Source of the DNA: the human T2T-CHM13v2.0 reference genome, Homo sapiens
DNA: 64,000 nt
NCBI RefSeq assembly: GCF_009914755.1
Contig: NC_060936.1
Strand: one strand, 5' to 3'
Shown here: positions 37,267 to 55,957 of the stretch, in pieces
How positions within the stretch are numbered: position 1 is the first letter of the stretch
How the letters are laid out: the number at the start of each line of letters is the position of its first letter
Translations under genes and position numbers: made by a program
The notes under the pieces: generated by a model
What the model was told of the DNA's origin: nothing
Database searches by the model: none
Seen by the model: only the letters and a program-made list of their open reading frames with translations

Positions 37267-38989
37267 TGACCTCAAGTGGATCCACCAACCTTCGCCTCCC
37301 AAAGTGCTGGGATTACAGGCGTGAGCCACTGTGCCTGGCCTAGGCGTTATGTTCTTAAAAATAGAGAAGCGGAAGGATTACATAATTATTGGGTGGCAGA
37401 ATAAAGTTTTTCTGTTATACCATAATTGTCTCAATTTTTGGAATTACTCTTTAATTTAGCTTTAAGAAAAAATACTGGTATTATTTCCTTGAAATATTAT
37501 GAATTAGCTGTTCTGAGAATTCCTCACGGCTCTTTTCAGTCTTGACCTCCTGGACTTAAGTGATCCTCTTGCCTCAGGCTCTCAAATAGCTGGGACTGTA
37601 GGCATGTGCCAACACGCCTCGCTAATTTTTTAAGTATTTTGTAGAGACAGGGTTGTGCCACGTTGCCCAGGCTGGTCTCGAACTCCTGAGCTCAAGCGAT
37701 TTGCCTGCCTCAGCCTCCCATAGTGCTGGGATTAAAGGCATGAGTCACCATGCCTGACCCATTTTGTTTTGTTTTTTGAGACAGTCCCGCTTTGTCATCC
37801 AGACTGTAGTACAATCATGTGATCTTGGCTCACTGTAGCCTCAGTCTCCCAGACTCAAGCAATCCTCCAGCCTTAGCCTCCCAGGTAACTGGAACTACAG
37901 ATGTGTACCACCACCCTGGCTAAGTTTTTAATCTTTTTTGTAGAGGGGGGTGGTCTTCCTATGTTGCCAGGCTGGTCTTGAACTTGTAGTTTCAAGCAGT
38001 CCTTCCGTCTTGGCCTCTGAAAGTGCTGGGATTACAGGTGTATATATAAAGTTTTTCAATTCAACACATATAAAGTTTTTTTAAAGCAGAGATTTAAGCT
38101 GGTAAAAAAGCAAATGAGGCTGGGCATGGTGGTTCATGCCTGTAGTCCCAGCACTTTGGGAGGCTGATGCATGAGGATCACTGGAGCCCAGGCATTCAAG
38201 ACCAGCCTAGGCAACATGGCAAAATCCCATCTCTGTAAAAAATACAAAAAAAATCAGCTGGGCATGGTGTCATTCACCTGTAATCCCAGGTACTTGGGAG
38301 GCTGAGAAGTTGGAGGATTGCTTCATCTTGGAGGTTGAGGCTGCAGTGAGCCTTGATGGTGCCACTGCACTTCAGCCTGGGCAACAGAGTGAGACCCTGT
38401 CTCAAAACAGGTAGGGAAAAAAAAGACTTTCCCAGAGAAAAGCACACTGACAGTTTTAGCCTTGGCTCTGGGTTGGTGCAGGAGAGGTCTTTGATGATTC
38501 TAACCACAGATCCTCTTTGATACCAGAGTATGGCTAGATTTTGCACTACCTATTATTTCCAAAAAACTCAAGTTGAAAATTTAAATCTAGTCCAGATTGG
38601 TAGTCTTCCTAGGCAGACATCTAGCAGAAGTAAAATAAATTATCTCCTTAAGAAGCCCATTTAGGCCTGTTGTGGTGAGTCATGCCTATAATCCCAGCAC
38701 TTTCGGAGACCAAGGTGAGATGATCGTTTGAGGCCAGGAGTTCAAGACTGGCTAGACAACATAGCCACACCCCATCTCTACAAAAACAAAAACAACCTAT
38801 CCACGTGGTGGCTCAAACCTGTAGTCCTAGCTGGTCACCAGGCTGAGGTGGGATGATTGCTTGAGCCCAGGAGTTCAAGACTGCAGTGAGCTGTGATCAC
38901 GCCCCTGCGCTCCACCCTGGGCAACAAGAGTGAGACCCTGTCTAAAAAAAGCCCATTTAAACATAATCTTTAATAAAATTCTTACAAAG

Positions 38990-40203
<1,214 letters not shown>

Positions 40204-40425
40204 TAGGCTGGTCTCGAACTCCTGACCTCATGATCTGCCCGCCTTGGCCTCTCAAAGTGCTTTGATTACAGGCGTGAGCCACCGTACCCAGCCGGCTTTT
40301 AACGTACTGTAATATGCTCTGGTTTGAAAAAATCAGTACTAGATGCAATAATCTTAAGTTTCATATTTTTTTATGACTCAAAGCAGCATTTTAATGGAAT
40401 GCTTTAGGCTGGGTGCAGCGGCTCA

Positions 40426-40680
<255 letters not shown>

Positions 40681-40980
40681 TCATCACAAAATAAATAAAT
40701 AAATAAATAAATAATACTTTGTAAGTGGGGAGAACACCAATCTGGTCTGGTTACTATAGCAGGTCATGTTTCCTTCCCGCCTATAACCACATGCTTAGGT
40801 ACTTCTTGCAATTGTAATAATCTGTGAGTTGTAATCATTGTGTGGTTAATCCTTTGTTTCTGGAGTCAGGCTGCCTTGGGTTTGAATCCTTCCTTCATAT
40901 TTCATCTTTCTATGTCTTTAATTGGGTTTGTTATTACTCTGTACCTCTCATAATGGGATAATCTATAAAAGAGATATTAA

Positions 40981-41118
<138 letters not shown>

Positions 41119-41806
41119 TGAGTAGCTGGGACTATAGGCATCCACCCCCACGACTGGCTAATTTTTTTTAGTAGAGACAGGGTTTCACCATGTTAGCCAG
41201 GTTGGTCTCACACTCCTGACCTCAAGTGATCTGCCTGTCTTGGCCTCCCAAAGTGCTGGGATTACAGGCTTGAGCCACTGCCCCCGACCTACATTGTTCT
41301 AAAAAGTAGGGGAGATGATACATATAAAGCATTCTATACAGTGCCTAGCCCACAGAATTAGTTTAACACGTTTGCTTTTGTTATTATAGCAGTTACAGCT
41401 GTTTTTTCCACTCTATTATGTGAAAGCATTTTCCAGTTTTCATACATTTCCATATTTAATCAACCCTGAGATGCATATTTTTGCACATTTTAACTTTGAA
41501 AATTGGGGTAAATCTTAAAATATTTGATGTAGGATAGCTGAATAAACAGCAATTTTTTCTTTGTGATATTAGTATCCATCTGAGTTATAAGATGTGTTAA
41601 TGTGATATCTTTATAATTTTGGATTGCTGTGTAATACTTTATTTAGTAAGTATATCATTTCCTGTATTCCTCATCTGTTTAAACAGGGTTATTTGCATTT
41701 CTTAGCATTCATAAATAATGCTAATATATGTAGAAATATGAGTTGAATCATTTTATATAGTCTCCATAAAAGGATTTTCGCCAACTCTATGCCAGTTGGG
41801 AAATTA

Positions 41807-41808
<2 letters not shown>

Positions 41809-41852
<44 letters not shown>
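41809..41852. repeat. (ATT)n microsatellite from an Alu tail
   Basis: About 14 att units preceding an antisense Alu. Confidence 0.9.
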
Positions 41853-42351
41853 TTTGAGACGAGTCCCCCTCTGTCGCCCTGGCTGGAGTGCCATGGGGCA
41901 GTGTTGGCTCACCGCAACCTCTGACTCCTGGGTTCAAGCGATTCTCTTGTCTTAGCCTCCCAAGGAGCTGGGATTACAGATGCCTGCCACCATGCTTGGC
42001 TAATTTTTTTGTATGTTTAGTAGCGACGGGGTTTCGTCATGTTGGCCAGGCTGGTCTTGAACTCCTGACCTCAGGTGATCCACCCGCCTCAGCCTCCCAC
42101 AGTGTTGGGATTACAGGCGTGAGCCACCGCGCCTGGCTGGAAAATTATTCTTAAGGGCTTTGCCAAACTAGTAAATATAAATAGTACTTTATTTTCCTAT
42201 TTACATCCATGCATTTTTCCTTTAAAAAATTTTTATTTTCTTAGTCTTTTTAGGTTTTTTAGGTTTCAGTTTTATAGCATTCTATAGTCATCTTTTGTAA
42301 TTTTATGTTTCTTCAAAGCTAATTTTCTATGACATAATAGTTTACATTTAA

Positions 42352-42702
<351 letters not shown>

Positions 42703-42705
42703 TGA

Positions 42706-42993
<288 letters not shown>

Positions 42994-43323
42994 TGAACTC
43001 CTGACCTCAGGTCATCCACCCAAGGCCTTGGCCTCCCAAAGTTCTGGAATTACGGGCATGAGCCACTGCACCCGGCCATGTAATTTTTAAAATAAGGACT
43101 TCTTGGCCCAGTGCAGTGGCTCATGCCTGTAATCCTAGTGATTTGGGAGGCTGAGGTTGAGAGGATCTGTTGAGGCCAGGAGTTTGAGACTAGCCTGGGC
43201 AACATAATGAAAACCCAACTCTGCCAAATTTTTTTTTAATTAGTGGAGCATGGTGTTCCAGGCCTGTAGTCCTAGCTACTCAGGAGATTGAGGCAAGAGC
43301 ATCATTTGAACCCCGGAGTTTGA

Positions 43324-43803
<480 letters not shown>

Positions 43804-43858
43804 TAGAGCTGTTTTTGGATTCAGGAGTGACTCCAGCATCTCAATCATTGTGTGTTTA

Positions 43859-44056
<198 letters not shown>

Positions 44057-45701
44057 TCAGGAGGCTGAGGCAGGAGAATAGCTTGAACCCAGGATGAGGA
44101 GGTTGCAGTGAGCCAAGATTGCACCACTGCACTCCAGCCTGGGCAACAGAGCGAGACTCCGTCTCAAAAAGGAAGAAAAAAAAAACTACCTTGAAATGAT
44201 GTTTTTGCTTTACTAAAGCCACATAACTACTATGCATAGCAACTCTATGAGTAAGGGGTATTTCTAATAGGTGTATGGCCCTTTCACTGTATCTTTTTCA
44301 TGTATAGATCTTATTTACCAGATCAATATTGTACTCTTTGTATTTATTCGGATTTAATGTTTGATCTCTGTTTCTGAGAGCTGTACCTTTACCATTTGCC
44401 ATCTTCTTGGGTAGGCACCTATCTGGTATTCTCAGAATGGAGGAAAGAGAGGGAGAGAATAAGTATGTAAATACATGCATTTTCTCCTATTGAAAAATGC
44501 TTAATGTCAAATACTGTTGACATGGCAGGAGAGCTTGGCTATCACAAGCTACTCAGAGTTCTGTTCTGCTATCAGTCAAAAATTATGCTGTACCCAAAGA
44601 GCTTGAGTTTATCACCCTTAGGGGTGGTCTTCAGCATCTTCATCATCTCTTATTGTCACCTACGGCATCCGTGCCAAAGCTCTCTAGGAGCCAGGAGCTG
44701 GGTCTTAGTGAGGTGGACCCCAGCTTTGCCTGCCAGCTCTGCAATTCACTTCCTAGATCATTTGTTCCCCTGGGACACAAACTACTAGTTTGTCACTGGA
44801 ACTTCTCTGGGCCTGTCTCAGAATGGGATTAACATAAAGGAGTGGAACTGTTCAGCAGAGGCAGGGAGAAATAAGTAAGTTCCCTCCTCCTCAGCTTCTC
44901 TTTCCAACCTCCCCTTGCCCATTTCCTCCTTCTTCCCCTGCCGGATTCCAGGGTTACAAATAGAGGCTTCTTTCTTCCGTTTAATTCCATAGTTACCCAC
45001 CCTAGTTTGCCCTTCTCTAGAATCTCTCTACTCTCATATTGCATCCGGTTCTGTACCTCCTCCCCGCCTCCACCCACTGTACCCAATTGTCTTCCTGACC
45101 AAGGAGGAGGACAGGAAGTGTTGAATGTCAGGATCAAATGTCAGGATCCCCCTTCCCTGAGGGAAGAGGATAGGGAGATCTCTGGGCTGAGGCTGCTGTC
45201 TCCTTCCCACTGTCCTTTCTGCAGGTCCTCAGATGGCACACTAGGGTGGGCTTGCTGGTGGGTAGGCATCCCACCTCCAGTCCAGTGGAATGCTTAGTTG
45301 TACGTCTTATTATGCTGTAATGTTTATTTTTTAGGGCGTACATATGAATAGCAAGTTTTGTTGAAATAGATTATCCCCCTCCCCAACACACAAATAAATT
45401 ATGTGATACCTAAATTCCCACATCACATTCATCAATCAATTCAGCTTCAAATCAGTGGCTACCAAAGGCAGAGTGGTGGGAGAGTACTGCTCTCCTGTGG
45501 GTACAAAACAGGTGTATTTTCTGTAGAGAATTTTGAAACAATAATAAAAATGACTGAAAGGTATACGCTTGTTATCCTACACTTAGAAATTCTAAAGCGT
45601 GTAAGTGATAAAATACTCCTCACTACTTCCACCATTTCAAGGCTCAGCCCCTGCTCTCAAGATATGAATGAACCTAGGCATGGAACAGGGCATTATGTTT
45701 G

Positions 45702-45703
<2 letters not shown>

Positions 45704-45752
<49 letters not shown>
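45704..45752. repeat. (GT)24 microsatellite
   Basis: Uninterrupted GT run abutting an Alu poly-T, ~1 kb upstream of exon 2. Confidence 0.95.
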
Positions 45753-45753
<1 letters not shown>

Positions 45754-45781
45754 TTTTTTTTTTTTTTTTTTTCTTTTTTGA

Positions 45782-46086
<305 letters not shown>

Positions 46087-46782
46087 TAAAGTAGTTATGC
46101 TGTGGACTTTAAGAACATACACTTGCAGGACAGATGGAAAAAAATTTACAATATAAAGCACATCACTGCTTTTATCTTGTGATAAAATTTCTAGTTATAG
46201 AATTGTTCAGACTCTAAAGTATCACAGCTTAGATGGCAATAAAATTTTATAATATTCTGGAAAATTACTGTAGATAACTAAAAAATTTGCTGTAGATGAA
46301 AAAATACACAAGTGTCTCAAAAGTTATGTAAATAGTTTAAATTTTGTGACATTTGCAGGTAGGTTGGGGTAAAGCAGTATTTCTATTTTATTTATTTTTC
46401 TGAGACAGGGTCTCCTCTGTCACGTAGGCTGGAGTGATGGTGTGTTTATAGCTCACTGTAGCCTCGAACTTCCTGGGCTTATGTGATCCTCCTGCCTCAG
46501 CCTCCCAAAGTGCTGGAATTACAGGCGTGAGCCATTGCACCTAGGCAGTATTTCTGTTTTAATATTTAGAGATACCTATTTTTTATTATATAGGAAGCTA
46601 AATTTTATATAGATGTCTCACATTTTCAAGTTGATCAAAACTTTAATATTATTTATTATTTGTTAAATATAATTATTGGGTTTCTCCCCCACTTTTAAGT
46701 AATGGAAAAGTGATTTTATCTGAATCTGTAATTTTCATGCTCTGATTTTAAAAATTTACAAATAGATCCTTCGATTATTTAG

Positions 46783-47362
<580 letters not shown>

Positions 47363-47956
47363 TGATTATTTGATTAAGTATATTTATCAATTTTTCTTCC
47401 TTTAAACATACTGCATCCAGCATTTATAAATGTTTAACATGTAGTTTGTATATAATTCTCATTTATATCTAACATGAATAGATTGCCACTAATTTCAAGT
47501 AGTAGCCGTGTTTTTGGGTCCAGCATGCAACCCATCTATAATAATTATATTTATAAATTAGTTTTTATCTACCATCATTGACTCTGCTATTTACTCACTG
47601 TTCGACCTTGGGCAAATAACTTAATTTCTCTATGCTTTTTTCCCTCCATCTGTAAAACAGAAGCAATCTTAATTACAGCACAGGATTTTCTGATAATTAA
47701 ATGAATAAAGTGCATGGAGTAGTCTGATACATGGATAATGCTATATACGTTTTAGCAATTGTTGATCATTTTAGTTTATCTGTAATTGTCAAAACTTATC
47801 TCCCTCGGAATGATAACTCTTGCTTAAAACCATGCGGACATATTTCAAACTGGTAGAAATCCTTAAAATCTTTTTATAGGTGACATACTGCCCAGAGTTC
47901 CTGAGAATAGAATTTAAATAATTCCCATTTACTTTCAGTGTCTGTCTTTAATACAG

Positions 47957-48112
47957 GTAATGCAGAGCTCTCAGAAGATATATGTAAAGAATATGAAGTA
48001 ATGTATTCTTCATCTTGTGAAACCACAAGAAATACTACAGGCATTGAAGAATCAACTGATGGGATGATTTTAGGACCAGAAGATCTGAGTTACCAAATAT
48101 ATGATGTTTCCG
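47957..48112 (+). CDS. LARP4: LARP4 exon 3 (GNAELSEDICKEYEVMYSS...YDVS)
   Basis: tacAG|gt aat... to tcc g|GTAAAC. 156 nt, phase 1 to 1. Alternative acceptor 18 nt upstream (exon start 47939). Confidence 0.97.
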
Positions 48113-48625
48113 GTAAACTTTATGGTTTTATTGTTAAAATGAGAATTCAGTACAGGACACCCCCCACCCATGGTCTCTTTATACTTGTTCTGATAAACCT
48201 ATGGCATTATTTTCTTATTTGAAAAGAAGGTTACGTTAATGAAATGTTAGTTGATTGTTACATTGTTTTCAGATAACATGACTTTTGTAATGTTAAGATT
48301 GTTTATGAGGGTTCTATTAAAGGAAAGCGTGAAATTAAAGATAACAGAAAAAAAGGCGGGGTGGCTCATGCCTGTAATCCCAGCGCTTTAGGAGGCCCAG
48401 GCGGGCAGATCACTTGAGGTCAGGAGTTTGAGACTAGCCTGGCCAACATGGTGAAACACTGTCTTATACTGAAAAAAAAAAATTAGCTGGGCATGGTGGC
48501 ATGCACCTATAATCCCAAGATCATGCCACTGCACTCCAACCTGGGTGACAGAGTGAAACTGTGTCTGAAAAAAAAATTTTGTGTGTCTATATATAAACAA
48601 CTGCCTACTTTGAACATAGAGTTGA

Positions 48626-48973
<348 letters not shown>

Positions 48974-49515
48974 TAGTATTGTGCATTGTTAATTTTTTGA
49001 TAAAAATAACCTTAAACTAATATGAAATGTATCTGATGAAAGAATATCTAGATTGACAGAAATTAGTTAGACTTTGAACTGTCCAAATTATAAAAATAAT
49101 AAAAAATACAGTTTGGGCCAGGCACAGTGGCTTATGCCTGTGGCCAAGGTAGGAGGATTGCTTGAGCCCAGGATTTGAGAACAGTCTGGGCAACATAATG
49201 AGAGCCTGTCTCTACAAAAAAATAAAAATAAAAAGTTAGCTGGGTATCATGGCACAAGTTTGTGGTCCTAGCTACTCAAGAAGCTGTGGTGGGAGGATCA
49301 TTTGAGCCCAGGAGGTTGAGGCTATACTGAGCTGTGATCACACCACTGTACTCTAGCCTGGGCAACAAAGGGAGACCCTGTTTCTCTGAAACAATAGCTT
49401 TGTGGTGAATTTTGATTGTAGATACTTTGTGGCTTCTGAGTACAACAGTATGTCAGATTTATCACCTCTACTAACATGCTATTAACTTTTTTTCCCTCTT
49501 CTTTTCTACCATCAG

Positions 49516-49591
49516 GAGAAAGCAATTCAGCAGTTTCTACAGAAGACCTAAAAGAATGTCTGAAGAAACAATTAGAATTCTGTTTTTCACG
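49516..49591 (+). CDS. LARP4: LARP4 exon 4 (GESNSAVSTEDLKECLKKQLEFCFS), start of the La motif
   Basis: Long pyrimidine tract with catcAG| acceptor and tca cg|GTATTG donor. 76 nt, phase 1 to 2. KQLEFCFS corresponds to the La-motif QxExYFS. Confidence 0.97.
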
Positions 49592-49957
49592 GTATTGCTG
49601 TTTCCCCTTTATTGAATTTTATTAGTAGATGTAAAATACGTGTGAAATAGAGCGCAAGGATGGTGATTATTATTTAACTAATTTTTTTTTTTATTTTCTT
49701 GAGACAGAGTCTCATGTTGTCGCTGGGCTGGAGTGCAGTGGTGTGATCTCGGCTCACAGCAGCCTCCGCCTCCAGGGTTCAAGAGATTCTTGTGCCTCAG
49801 CCTCCAGAGTAGCTGGGATTACAGGCGTGCAGCCACCATGCCCAGCTAATATTTGTATTTTTAGTAGAGACAGGGTTTCACCATGTTGGCCAGGCCAGTC
49901 TCAAACATGCAACCTCATGTGACCTGCCCTCCTCTGCCTTGCAAAGTGTCGGGATTA

Positions 49958-50287
<330 letters not shown>

Positions 50288-50664
50288 TCAAAAAAGAAAA
50301 AGTGTAGTCTCCAGTCTGATATGCAGAGGATCTATTCTTAATATAAAGATAATGAAGTTTGCATTGGATGTTTTTTCTATGAACATACTCAATTTTGGAA
50401 TTGACAAAAAGTTATTTCTTAATGCATGTTTTAATAGTTGATTCTTGTAATGTTAATCATAGAGTCATTTTTGGCAAAATAGTAAGGAGTTGGACAGATA
50501 ATTTATATTGCCAATGTCTTCTCTTAAATAAGGAATCCTTTCAGGCAAACATTTGGAGAAGTCTTATTTACAGATAAGAATAATGGGCCAGGCGCAGTGG
50601 CTCATGCCTGTAATCCTAGCACTTTGGGAGGGCAAGGTGGGCAGATCATGAGGTCAGGGGTTCA

Positions 50665-50898
<234 letters not shown>

Positions 50899-51531
50899 TT
50901 ACTTTAGCCTGTACTTTGGGAGGCCAAAGTAGGTGGATCACCTGAGGTCAGGAGTTCAAGACCAGCCTGGCCAATATGGCAAAAGCCCATCTCTACAAAA
51001 ATACAAAAATTAGCGGGGTGTGGTAGCGTGGCCCTGTAGTTCCAGCTACTGGAGGCTGAGGCAGGAGAATTGCTTGAACCCAGGATGTGGAGTATGCAGT
51101 AAGCCGAGGTTGCAGCACTGCACTCCAGCCTGGGTGAATTTTACCTACTAACTAGATCATTTATGGGTCTGCTTCTATTGTCTGGGTTTCTTCTCTTGAA
51201 TTATCTGTAATAATTTACTGCCTTTTTGTATGTCTTGTAAATTTTGATTTTATGCTGTACATTACATACAACAGAACCATAGAAGATGTAGGTGATATAA
51301 CTCTAGACAGAGTTTGAGCTTTTTTTCTGTTAGGCAGAGAGTGATATGTTGATTGCTTCAATCCAATCAGGAACTGAGCTAGGTCAGGGCTGAGCAACAA
51401 TTTTAAATGGACTCAGTTCACCTTTGATTTAGCTCTATTCCTTCTACATGGCCCTTTCAGGCTTTTGATTTAGAGCTTGGCAGTTTTGTGTCACCCTAAT
51501 CTTACAAAACCAAGGAGATTTAGATCTCTAA

Positions 51532-51717
<186 letters not shown>

Positions 51718-51720
51718 TTA

Positions 51721-51879
<159 letters not shown>

Positions 51880-52679
51880 TCAAAAAAAAAAAAAAAAAAA
51901 GAAAAGCTGGCAGTGTCTTATCGGGGAGACTTGCGTTTGCCGCATTTTTGCTTGCACTGGGACTTAATCACGAGACCACATAGATTTTACTGTCTTTTCA
52001 GCCTGACTCTCAATCTCCCATCTTCCTCCTTAAAACTCAGGAAACATCTTATGGGGAAAATCAGCTGTATTGGTGGCTCCCATAATTTCCATTCATAATT
52101 CTAGTTCTTTGCCCATTACACTTACCACATACTTATACACAACTGCCTGGAGATCTGCTGGTTTCTCTATTGTCCAGGAGAGTCTGAGTCAAGATCTGCA
52201 AATGCTCTCAGGAAGGAAAGATCTTCTTTGGGGCATTTTAGTCATTTTGTGCTTGAAGCTTCCACAGCTTTCCCAGATCTCCAAAAACGTGATTTTTTTT
52301 TTTTTTTTTTGTAGTTTATCCCAGCTTTTTTAGTTGTTGCAGTGGAAGCTCCTACTTGTCATGATCCATCACATCCTACTCAGGACTGTGATATAGTTCG
52401 AACCAGCTGGGTAATTGACATTTGTAGCTCAGCAAAATTGCCATTAATACATATCAGGTATTACTCATGAATAATCAAATCTTAGATGTTATATCCATTA
52501 ATTTGATTTACTTCTGACAAGGTACAGTTTCTTTAGCTAAGAGTTGAATCACTGTTTAAGAATAGACCTGCTAAATTTCAGAGTTCATTTAGGCTACAGC
52601 TTTTTAGTTTTGCAAAAATTATGTTTATAGTTGTCTTATTTTCAGATTCTTAAGGAATATCTTTTTTTTTTTTTTTTGA

Positions 52680-52868
<189 letters not shown>

Positions 52869-52871
52869 TAG

Positions 52872-52967
<96 letters not shown>

Positions 52968-53458
52968 TAATAGAATGTAAAAGTAAGGGCCTTTGAGCCT
53001 GCTCCTTGCCAGGCACTAGGCAGTTGAAATACATTATTGATTGAACAGCAGCGATCCTTCATGGAACCTATATTCTGACTGTGAGAACACAAAACAAACA
53101 TAATAAATAAGGAGTATGTTAGGAGATAAGTGCTATGGGAAAAAAATTAAATGCAAGGACAGGAATCAGGAATGCTGGGGTGGTTGCAGTTTTAAATAGG
53201 GTGATCAGAACAGTACTCTTTGAGAAGGGGCCTTATAAGCAAAAACTTCCAGCTATTTATAGCCAGACTGCTTCAAAGAATATTTGATGTGAATAGCAAG
53301 GTGTGAATTTGATTTTACCTAAGTTTATTAAACAAGATTTTATGTGTAAGATGCAAGTGTTTGCATCTTCTTTTTTTAATGTACCTTAAAGAATCTTTTG
53401 TGTTAATATTAAATATATATTTTTTATTTTTCTTTTTTTTTTTTTGTTTATGTTTTGA

Positions 53459-53590
<132 letters not shown>

Positions 53591-53902
53591 TAATTTTTTG
53601 TATTTTTAGTAGAGACGGGGTTTCACCATGTTGGCCAGGTTGGTCTTGAGCTCTTGACCTCTAATGATCCACCCGCCTCGGCGTCCCAAAGTGCTAGGAT
53701 TACAGGCATGAGCCACCGCACCCAGCCAATGTGTGTATTTATATAAGCATGTTTGACTTAAATAATTTAAAACACGTATTTTGGACAGGGTGCGCTGGCT
53801 CACGCCTGTAATCCCAGCACTTTGGGAGGCTGAGGCGGATGGATCACGAGGTCAGGAGATCGAGACCATCCTGGCTAACACGGTGAAACCCCGTCTGTAC
53901 TA

Positions 53903-54106
<204 letters not shown>

Positions 54107-54513
54107 TCAGTTCACAGTTCAGCTACAGTTTTTATCATGCATATTCTAATATCACTGATGAAGTATTTATAAGATGGAACTCTGCTATATGTAATGTTTT
54201 GTTAAAGTGCTACTTGTAATATTAAACCTCTTTATGTATCAGTATAATTGTCCAATGTTGTGCTAGATGTGTTTGGGAATTGAGATACTGTAAAAGTTAT
54301 ATTAACTAATGTTTATGTATATATTACATTAGTATCTTTTGAATTGAACTTTTAACAACTTTTTAGAGTTCACTGAAAAGTTTAATGTTATTTCTGATAG
54401 AATAATCTTATTTCCATGCATTTAAAAAGTAGGAAAAGTGAGTAAGATACCTCTTGTTAGATGCTTTTTAATAATTGCTTGTTTTATAGGACTATTTTGT
54501 TTATTCTTTTCAG

Positions 54514-54650
54514 AGAAAATTTGTCAAAGGATCTTTACTTGATATCTCAAATGGATAGTGATCAGTTCATCCCAATTTGGACAGTTGCCAACATGGAAGA
54601 AATAAAAAAGTTGACTACAGACCCTGATCTAATTCTTGAAGTGTTAAGAT
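54514..54650 (+). CDS. LARP4: LARP4 exon 5 ([28 protein letters not shown]...LEVLR), La motif
   Basis: ttttcAG|a gaa aat... to aga t|GTATGT. 137 nt, phase 2 to 1. Confidence 0.97.
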
Positions 54651-55069
54651 GTATGTAAAAATACCTTTTAGCTTTTTTTTTAATTTTTAAACGTAAAATG
54701 TTATTTCGACTTCTGATCATATAGGGAATTATTTTTACTGCCCCCTCCCCACACCCTTATTTTGTTGTTTTGTTCCGAATTCTCTCTCTTTGTTTTTTTT
54801 TTTCGGGGGTTGTGGTGAAAGACAGGGTCTCACTCTGTCACTCAAGCGGGAGTGTGATGGTGCAAATCACAGCTCACTGCAGCCCCAAACTCCTGGGCTC
54901 AAGCCATCCTTCTACCTCGTAGCCTCCCAAGTTACTGGGACCCCAGGCGCACACCACCACATCTGGCTAATCTTTAAATTTTTGTATAGAGGTGGGGTCT
55001 TGGTATGTTCCCCAGGCTGGTCTTAAGTTCTTTGGCTGAGTCAGTCCTCCCACCTTGGCTTCCCATTTT

Positions 55070-55278
55070 TACTGACTCTGTGTGTGTGTGTGTGTGTGTG
55101 TGTATCCCGCTGGTGTGTGTGTGTGTGTGTGTGATATGTGTGTGTGTGTGTGTATATATCCCGCTGGGGTGTGTGTGTGTGTGTATGTATATATATATAT
55201 ATATATCCCGCTACTGACTGGTGTGTGGGGGTGTGTGTGTGTGTATATGTGTGTATGTATATATATATATATCCCGCT
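55070..55278. repeat. Compound (TG)n/(TA)n-cccgct higher-order repeat embedded in an Alu left arm
   Basis: Four units ending in 'atcccgct', two beginning 'actgact'. The Alu resumes at 'cagcctcccaaa'. Confidence 0.85.
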
Positions 55279-55842
55279 CAGCCTCCCAAAATGTTGGAAT
55301 TACAGGCGTGAGCCACCACCCCCGGCCTATATACAGCTTCTGTAATAATTCTGCACCTTGGTTGTTTATCATCATGCCCACTTAAGAAGTATAAGCAATT
55401 AAGTCTCATTTTTCTGGAGTGTTAGATATGTATCGTTATCACACAACCTTTAAGACAATCTCTTTCAAGTTTTTAAACCCAAATAAGAAGTACATTTTTC
55501 GTGACAGTTCAATATACACCATATACCTACACCTGACCGAAATATTTGTAACAAACTTGTTTCTAATTTTACAACCTACTAATGAGTTGCTGTGGGCAGT
55601 TTGACAAATACTGCTCTGAAGTTTGGTAATGAATTTTTATTTCTTGATTGAAGCTTTAAGAATTTTTGCTGGATTTTGTGTCTTGTATCAGTATTTCTTG
55701 GTAACCTCTTAAGAGTGGGTTTTGTTAACTATTTGACTGAATAAGGCAGATCTTCACTTTTATATGAGATGTGTTGAACATGTTTAAAAGTTAAATATAG
55801 CAAGTCTGATAATAGACTTACAGTGGAATAGATTTCCATTTC

Positions 55843-55957
55843 CAGAGGATTACAAACATTTATGGAACATTACAGAGGATTACAAACATTAATGGAACAT
55901 TACAGAGGATTACAAACATTTATGGAACATTACAGAGGATTACAAACATTTATGGAA
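55843..55957. repeat. 30-bp minisatellite, 3.8 copies
   Basis: cagaggattacaaacatttatggaacatta, with one substitution in copy 2. Confidence 0.95.

Noticed and set aside
44300-45400. Alu-free, moderately GC-rich block with several short ORFs in intron 1
   Set aside because: No recognisable protein similarity, CpG enrichment or convincing exon boundaries. It could be an enhancer or old repeat, but the sequence alone does not support a call.
49513-49518. CAGGAG tandem acceptor at exon 4
   Set aside because: A distal GAG acceptor after a proximal CAG is rarely used; nothing else supports it.
55843-55957. 30-bp repeats as a CRISPR-like array
   Set aside because: The units are contiguous with no unique spacers, there are no cas genes and the context is a human intron.
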